In this document: piece after piece, positions 58,234 to 64,000 of the stretch | How positions within the stretch are numbered: position 1 is the stretch's first letter | Layout: every line of letters starts with the position of its first letter | Origin: a virus | Virus record (IMG/VR): IMGVR_UViG_3300013137_002966 | Coordinates: 1 to 64,000 of that record | Direction: 5' to 3' (one strand) | Length of the DNA: 64,000 bases | The notes under the pieces: generated by a model | Databases searched by the model: none | What the model saw: only the letters and a program-made list of their open reading frames with translations | Told to the model about the DNA's origin: nothing | Program-made: the position numbers and the translations under genes

Positions 58234-58260
58234 AAACTTTTATTTTATATGTATATATAA
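58234..58260 (+). promoter_or_regulatory. Promoter-like motif AAC-N18-TATAA
   Basis: AAAC-N18-TATAA upstream of polB. Confidence 0.6.
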
Positions 58261-58325
58261 AAATATATAAGTCGAAAATGCTAAATGACTATAAATATCG
58301 CATTAAAAAAATAATAATTTACACA

Positions 58326-59810
58326 TTGTTAGTGGATGTAGAGTATAGGAGCAATAATTTGATCATTTCTTACATAGATAAATCTGGTCAAATTAAGTTA
58401 AAGTACAAAAATTGGCCAAGACCCACGAAGTTTATTAAAACAAGTGATGATGATCGCGAAAAATCAGGACAATATGTAACTTGGGATGGAAGTGCTGTAA
58501 AAGAAATATACACTAAATATCCAAATAGATATTCAATTTATGATTTTATAGATAATTTGGCTGATGACGAAAAAGAAGAAATTTATAGTTATAACGAGCC
58601 TGATATATTCTTCGTTGATATTGAAAATGAGATTTTGGATAAAAAACCAGAACCTCATTTAGCTGAAAGTGCAATTCAAACAATATCTATTGTTAATAAA
58701 AATAAGATATTAGTAATTGGTACAGAACCTTTATCACAGAATCAGATAGAATCTATAGAATCTGATATCAATTTACATTTCAAAAAATTTGAAACTAACT
58801 ACGCATTTAAGTATATTCAGTATAAAAACGAATATGATTTATTAAATAATTTCTTTAATAAATTGGTACCTAAGATGCCTGTTATTACAGGATGGAATTT
58901 TATAGAATACGACTGGGTATTTTTAGTGGCAAGAGCTAGAAAAATCGGCATTGATCCTGATGTTGCATCTTTTACTAGAAAAATGAATACTCCTTTTAAT
59001 TTTAATTCAGCAGGTAAGCAAAACTATGCTGAAATGCCAGCACATAGAGTTATAGTGGACTATATGGAATTATTTTCAAAATGGGATACCTCAGTTAAAG
59101 TAAAAGAAAGTTTATCTCTTGATTTTGCTTCCGAAAAAATATTAGGTAAAGAAGTAAAAAAAATTAATTATGAAGGTGACTTAAAAAGACTTCATAGAGA
59201 AGATTATAAAAAATTCGTTTATTATAACGCAGTTGACAGTTGTCTTGTTCAGAGAATTCATATAAAAATGAAATATATTGATATTCTGTATAGTATGGCA
59301 GTCTTAGGTAAAATTAAAATTAAAGATGCAATATCAACTCTTGCACTAACTGAAGGTATATTAAGAGAAAAATTAAGAGATCAAAAAAATATTGTTCTTG
59401 TTAGAGATGAACAAAGTGATGAATATGGTGAAGGCGGTGGTTCATCAATTAAAGGTGGATGGGTTAAGGAACCAGTGAGAGGAATGGCAACCTGGACCTG
59501 TTGTTTTGATTTTGCTTCTCTTTATCCTACAACCATGCGTCAATTTAATATTTCAGCGGATTCATATAAAGGACAGAAAGTTAAAGGAAAAAACTATTCC
59601 ATTTTTAATGGACATCAAATACCGATAGAAGATGATGATATAGTGACTTTGAATGATTCTGTATTTCGGAAGGAGCAGGGAGTTGTGACACAAGTAATGG
59701 GTGAGGTTTATGCAGATAGAAAGAAATGGAAAAAAGTAATGATGCAAAAACATGAAGAACTTGAAAAATTGAAAGAAGAGTTAAAAAAATTAGAAGATAC
59801 TCCTTTGTGA
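58326..59810 (+). CDS. polB: Family B DNA polymerase, N-terminal subunit (exonuclease plus motif A) of a split gene
   Basis: ExoI VDIE, ExoII TGWN...YD, ExoIII YNAVD, motif A DFASLYP; ends after DRKKWKK with no KxxxNSxYG or YxDTD; probable TTG start at 58326 (ORF opens at 58278). Confidence 0.88.
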   Translation: MLVDVEYRSNNLIISYIDKSGQIKLKYKNWPRPTKFIKTSDDDREKSGQYVTWDGSAVKEIYTKYPNRYSIYDFIDNLADDEKEEIYSYNEPDIFFVDIENEILDKKPEPHLAESAIQTISIVNKNKILVIGTEPLSQNQIESIESDINLHFKKFETNYAFKYIQYKNEYDLLNNFFNKLVPKMPVITGWNFIEYDWVFLVARARKIGIDPDVASFTRKMNTPFNFNSAGKQNYAEMPAHRVIVDYMELFSKWDTSVKVKESLSLDFASEKILGKEVKKINYEGDLKRLHREDYKKFVYYNAVDSCLVQRIHIKMKYIDILYSMAVLGKIKIKDAISTLALTEGILREKLRDQKNIVLVRDEQSDEYGEGGGSSIKGGWVKEPVRGMATWTCCFDFASLYPTTMRQFNISADSYKGQKVKGKNYSIFNGHQIPIEDDDIVTLNDSVFRKEQGVVTQVMGEVYADRKKWKKVMMQKHEELEKLKEELKKLEDTPL

Positions 59811-59836
59811 AAAGTGGTAAAATTACCACTTTTTTT
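59810..59836 (+). terminator. Intrinsic terminator after polB-N
   Basis: aaaagtggtaa-aa-ttaccactttt hairpin followed by a T run. Confidence 0.75.
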
Positions 59837-59862
59837 ATTTATATATAAATTAAAAATTTGTT

Positions 59863-61506
59863 ATGATTTTGTCTAAGTTTGTTAATATTAAAATTTCAAA
59901 TAATCAAATTAAATATTATAGGGATAAGGGTTATAATGTAAATGACGATAATGAAGTATTATCAGTAAAGGTGTCTGATTTACCGACAGGATCTGGCGTA
60001 AAAATAAAAGCAAAGTGTGATATTTGTGGAAATGAAACAGAAATCTCATTAAATAGATATTATTTAAATACTAAGAACTTGTCTACCTATTATGCTTGTA
60101 GTAGAAAATGCTCAGAAGAAAAAAATAAGTCTACTGTATTAAGTAAGTATGGTGTTAATAATGTATCAAATTCTGAAATAATAAAGGATAAAAAGATAGA
60201 AACTTGTTTAAAAAATTTTGGTGTAGAATATCCTCAACAATCTAAAGAAGTTTTTGAAAAAGGTAAAAAGACTAAGTTAGAAAAATATGGTGATGAAAAT
60301 TATACAAATATTGAAAAATCTAAAATTACAAATTTAGAAAGGTATGGTGTAGAGTATCCAAGTCAGAATATTGAAATTTCTCGTAAAATGAAAGAGAATC
60401 AATTTCTGAGTTTTAAAAATTCTTTTGATAAGGGTTTATATAAGTCTGAAATAATAAAAAAATATAAAAATATTTTTATTGGTTATAAGTCAAATGGACA
60501 GTATGAATTTAAGTGTGATTGTGGTCAAGATCATAATTTTACTATTGATTATAAATTATTTTGGAATAGAATTAAAGCAAATAGTATATTATGTACAGAG
60601 TGTAATGAAATATCAAAAAATGTTAGTGGATTAGAGATACAATTGGTTAATTTTATATTAGAGAATTATAAGGGTGAAATTAAATTGAATAATAAGGATA
60701 TAATTTCTCCTTATGAGTTGGATATTTATTTACCTGATTTAAAATTAGCATTTGAATTTAATGGATTATTTTGGCATAACGAATTAAATAAAGAAAATAA
60801 TTATCATTTAAATAAAACTGAAGAATGTGAGAAACAGGAAATACAATTAATTCATATTTACGAAGATGATTGGATATATAAACAAGATATAGTTAAATCT
60901 ATAATTTTAAATAAAATTGGTTTAATATCAACAAAAATTTTTGCTAGAAATTGTGATATTAAAAATAACATTAATATTAAAGATGTTAAAAATTTTCTTG
61001 AAAAAAATCATATTGAAGGATATATAAATTCTAAAATTAAAATTGGTTTATTTTATGATAATGAATTAGTTAGCTTGATGACATTTGGTAGTCGTAGAAT
61101 TGCTATGGGTAAAAAGTCAACTAAAGAAAATGAATATGAATTGTTGAGATTTTGTAATAAATTGAATACTAATATTGTAGGAGGTGCAAGTAAATTGTTT
61201 AATTATTTTATTAAAAATTATAATCCTTCAATAATAATTACATATGCTGATAGAAGTTTTAGTAAAGGTAATTTGTATAACAAATTAGGTTTTGAATTTG
61301 TTGAAAAGACTCAACCAAATTATTATTATATAATTGATGGTATTAGAAAATATAGATTTAATTTTAGAAAAGATAAATTAATGAAAGAAGGTTATGATTC
61401 TAATAAAACTGAGCATCAAATAATGCTGGAAAGAAAAATTTATAGAATTTATAATTCTGGTAATTTAAAATTTACATATAAAAATAAACAAAAATATGAA
61501 ACTTGA
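59863..61506 (+). mobile_element. Hef-like/PD-(D/E)xK homing-endonuclease-like protein
   Basis: T.L.KYGV repeats, CxxC motifs, ELDIYLP..KLAFEFNGLFWH, C-terminal GGASKLF..TYADR. Confidence 0.75.
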
Positions 61507-61837
61507 TAAGGATGAATATGATTTAATCTATAAAAAGTTAGAATATAGATTTAAAAATTCTGGTAATGAACTTGTAAATAAAATTAAAAATCATGAAGAT
61601 TTATCGGAGGATGATATTAAATTACTTTTGAAAAAATTTGAATATACTTTTAGAAAAAGTAATCACGAAATCATAGGTAAGTTAGCAAAGAATATTGGTT
61701 TAGAAAATTATGCTCAGATTAAATTTTCTAATATTAAAGCTAAACAACAGAAAGATATTAGAGATGAGGAAATTAAAAAATTAAAACATATAGAATCTTT
61801 TGACATATATAATAATAAAAAAAATTATGGAAATTAA
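61496..61837 (+). CDS. Hypothetical protein with internal duplication
   Basis: KKLEYRFKNS / KKFEYTFRKS repeat. Confidence 0.6.
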   Translation: MKLDKDEYDLIYKKLEYRFKNSGNELVNKIKNHEDLSEDDIKLLLKKFEYTFRKSNHEIIGKLAKNIGLENYAQIKFSNIKAKQQKDIRDEEIKKLKHIESFDIYNNKKNYGN

Positions 61838-62021
61838 ACAGAATAGATGCGACAATTGTATTCACTATCAAAAACAAACAAAGAAAATAGGGTGCTGTGA
61901 AACTAATGTAGTTAAAATTTTTGCAACTCCTTTATTTGATAAAAATGGAAAAGAAAAGAAATTTCATATTACAACTAAATGTTCTAATTATTGTGATCTT
62001 TATGTTGAAAAGATCTTATAA
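61827..62021 (+). CDS. Small Cys-rich hypothetical protein
   Basis: CDNCIHY...GCC...YCD. Confidence 0.5.
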   Translation: MEIKQNRCDNCIHYQKQTKKIGCCETNVVKIFATPLFDKNGKEKKFHITTKCSNYCDLYVEKIL

Positions 62022-62033
62022 AAAAATTAATAA

Positions 62034-62915
62034 ATGAATAAATATATTATTGTATCCGTAAATAAATCTGAAGGTAGAGTAGGAAATGATTCTAATTCAC
62101 TATTAATGTACTTTGAATTAGGTTGGGAAATGGTAACAACACATCTCTTATGTAAGAGATATTATAAAGAAGGTAAAATATCTAAAGATGATGTTATTGT
62201 TACACAAAAAGATAGAAAATTTCTATATCAGTCTGTTTTTAACAATGTTATATCATATGAGGAATATTTAGAAATAAAAAAATCAAATCAAGATATTTCG
62301 GAATTAAACTTAGTAGAAAAAGTTTTAGAATCTTGTAAAAATTATTTTAATTTGTGTTATTTTGAAGAATATTATACATCAAATAACAATCAAAATAGAG
62401 AATATAAATATTTTAATGAGGATAAGGAAATTATAACCGATTTCTTAAAATGTGATACGACAGCAATTCATAATAATAAAAAATATATTTGTTTTGGAAT
62501 TAGAAAAAGAGATCATGCATCCTTCAGAAACATGAGCGATGAATGGTCTTTTCGTCTAATTAATGAATTAAAAAATTATATTAATATTTTTGTCGTTGGT
62601 AAAGATTCTGAAAGATTTTGTGATGGTGTTAAGGTTAAACATGTCAATCTTCAAGAGTATGCATCATTATGTAGTGATCCTCTTTGTATTGCTAATATAG
62701 GATCTTTAAGTGGTATTATGTTTATACCTGGATTTTTTTCTAAGGCTAAATATAATATTATAGTAGATTTTGGAGGATCTGGTGATGCTGAAAATGGATA
62801 TAATAGCGGTCATCCATTATATCTTGCAAAATGTGTCAGATATAGTGAATCCAAATTTATTATTAACGAAAATAATGTAAGAAATATAGCAAGAATAGTG
62901 TTAAGCGAACTATAA
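62034..62915 (+). CDS. Hypothetical protein, possibly GT-B glycosyltransferase-like
   Basis: CFGIRKR...RN; IFVVG; IGSLSG weakly resemble GT9-like C-terminal domains. Confidence 0.4.
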   Translation: MNKYIIVSVNKSEGRVGNDSNSLLMYFELGWEMVTTHLLCKRYYKEGKISKDDVIVTQKDRKFLYQSVFNNVISYEEYLEIKKSNQDISELNLVEKVLESCKNYFNLCYFEEYYTSNNNQNREYKYFNEDKEIITDFLKCDTTAIHNNKKYICFGIRKRDHASFRNMSDEWSFRLINELKNYINIFVVGKDSERFCDGVKVKHVNLQEYASLCSDPLCIANIGSLSGIMFIPGFFSKAKYNIIVDFGGSGDAENGYNSGHPLYLAKCVRYSESKFIINENNVRNIARIVLSEL

Positions 62916-62946
62916 AAAAAATCCTCTTAAAAAAGAGGATTTTTTT
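62915..62946. terminator. Bidirectional intrinsic terminator between convergent genes
   Basis: aaaaaaatcctctt-aaaa-aagaggattttttt. Confidence 0.85.
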
Positions 62947-62948
62947 GT

Positions 62949-63884
62949 TTATTTTAAGTATTCTTTATTCAGTTTATCAACTATTTCGTTGAATTTATTT
63001 AATTCTTCTTTCTGCTCAATAGGTGGTTTTACAGCATCTTTAATACTAATTTCAACTATTTTTGTGGGTTCATCTAAAGATTCAACATAAACTTTATTAC
63101 CTTCGATTCTATTAATATAGCCTTTAACTTTCTCAGTATTAATAAATTGTCCAGCATTTAATATTGGTCTTTCTTTTGGTGTCTTTGGATCAATTACAAA
63201 ATTATTAAACCAAGCAATTTTTTTATTTTCTTGATCTTTAACGGCTCCAATACCAAATAACGGATTTGATTTAGGCTCTTTTTCTTCACCCAATATTGTA
63301 TATTCAGGTTGTTTAACCTCTTTTTTATCAACATCTTTAAGACTAAATGCTTCGAATGTTTTAACATTTTCATCAATATCATCTTCATCTTCAAATTCAA
63401 GTACATTATCATCTTCTAAATTATCTAAATCATCAGTATCTAGACCTTCTAGATCTTCTAAATCTTCATCATCTAAATCTTCAACATTATAAAATGCTTC
63501 AAATTTTTCGACATCTTCTTTTAAAATATCTTTTGCAACCTCGGTTCTTTTGGTTTTTTTAGATTCTTCTGGTTTCCAATTTTTATCAAAATCTTGAAAA
63601 CTTAATACATTATTGATTTTATTTTCCATAATTTCTTTTTTATTTTCTTTAACTAATGGTTTATTAACTAATTTTGATTTAAATGCGATTGTTTGTAATT
63701 TATTATCACGCTTAGAAAATTCTTCCCAAGATTCAATTCCCATATCGACTGGATTACCTATGTATTGTAAATTTGGTAAGTTTTTATTCATTCTATCATT
63801 TACGGTTAAATCACCAATATCTTTTCCTTTGGTTTCTTCTCGCATTTTTTTCAATTGTCTAACGGTTGTTTCTCTCGGTAACAT
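62949..63884 (-). CDS. Hypothetical acidic protein (possible head/internal protein)
   Basis: D/E-rich tract; repeated F(E/Q/N)xF motifs. Confidence 0.6.
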   Translation of the reverse strand: MLPRETTVRQLKKMREETKGKDIGDLTVNDRMNKNLPNLQYIGNPVDMGIESWEEFSKRDNKLQTIAFKSKLVNKPLVKENKKEIMENKINNVLSFQDFDKNWKPEESKKTKRTEVAKDILKEDVEKFEAFYNVEDLDDEDLEDLEGLDTDDLDNLEDDNVLEFEDEDDIDENVKTFEAFSLKDVDKKEVKQPEYTILGEEKEPKSNPLFGIGAVKDQENKKIAWFNNFVIDPKTPKERPILNAGQFINTEKVKGYINRIEGNKVYVESLDEPTKIVEISIKDAVKPPIEQKEELNKFNEIVDKLNKEYLK

Positions 63885-64000
63885 ATAAAAAATTTATTTA
63901 TGGTATATATAAAAAAACTAATTTCATTTTTTTTAATATAAAACCAATATAAAAAACTATATATTTTAATAAAATAATGTTTTTTGATGAAAGAATGTTT

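Noticed and set aside
58054-58260. 68-aa plus-strand ORF spanning the GC-rich insert
   Set aside because: Antisense to the repeat-coding strand, with the hydrophobic composition typical of shadow ORFs; an antisense RNA role cannot be excluded
59811-61506. Intron interrupting polB with the second exon downstream
   Set aside because: A terminator follows the stop, and no polymerase motif B or C appears downstream in the window
5778-63888. Many 60-150 aa alternative-frame or antisense ORFs in the track (e.g. 5778, 6060, 8837, 33002, 34036, 50249, 54984, 63613)
   Set aside because: Nested in well-supported genes, with biased composition and no motifs
1-64000. CRISPR array, tRNA or rRNA genes
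   Set aside because: All repeats seen are coding; intergenic gaps are short and AT-rich with no cloverleaf or repeat-spacer pattern found by eye

Overview
This is a very AT-rich, densely coding window with no tRNA, rRNA or CRISPR that I can see. It most likely comes from a jumbo tailed phage with the standard genetic code; the absence of Shine-Dalgarno motifs suggests a Bacteroidota-like host (inference). (1) 1-16 kb is a virion fibre/adhesin module: the 3' part of a Gly-X-Y collagen-like fibre (frame 1, missed by the ORF track), then 13 tandem LamG/ConA-like genes with constant ends and variable cores, a glycine-rich fibre protein and small accessory genes. (2) 16-56.5 kb is a ~40 kb glycan biosynthesis and modification island. 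It encodes UDP-glucose dehydrogenase with a mini-intein at the catalytic Cys, two GT7 enzymes with an inserted LamG domain, three radical SAM enzymes, and six GT10-like plus six SGNH-like domains in shuffled combinations. It also encodes a split TPP-dependent alpha/beta pair with RmlC and SDR enzymes, a carbamoyltransferase, APS kinase with a sulfotransferase, a GT4/TibC-type heptosyltransferase fusion, an IPT/TIG protein with a mucin-like Thr stalk, and an HPAT/SGT1-like glycosyltransferase. (3) 56.5-64 kb holds the N-terminal half of a split family-B DNA polymerase between two homing-endonuclease-like genes. One of these carries a GC-rich, structured 30-nt in-frame insert containing a stop codon, a candidate recoding or bypass element. 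Two bipartite promoter-like motifs (AAC-N18-TATAA and AAC-N15-TATAA) recur upstream of genes. All family assignments come from motif recognition by eye, not from database searches.
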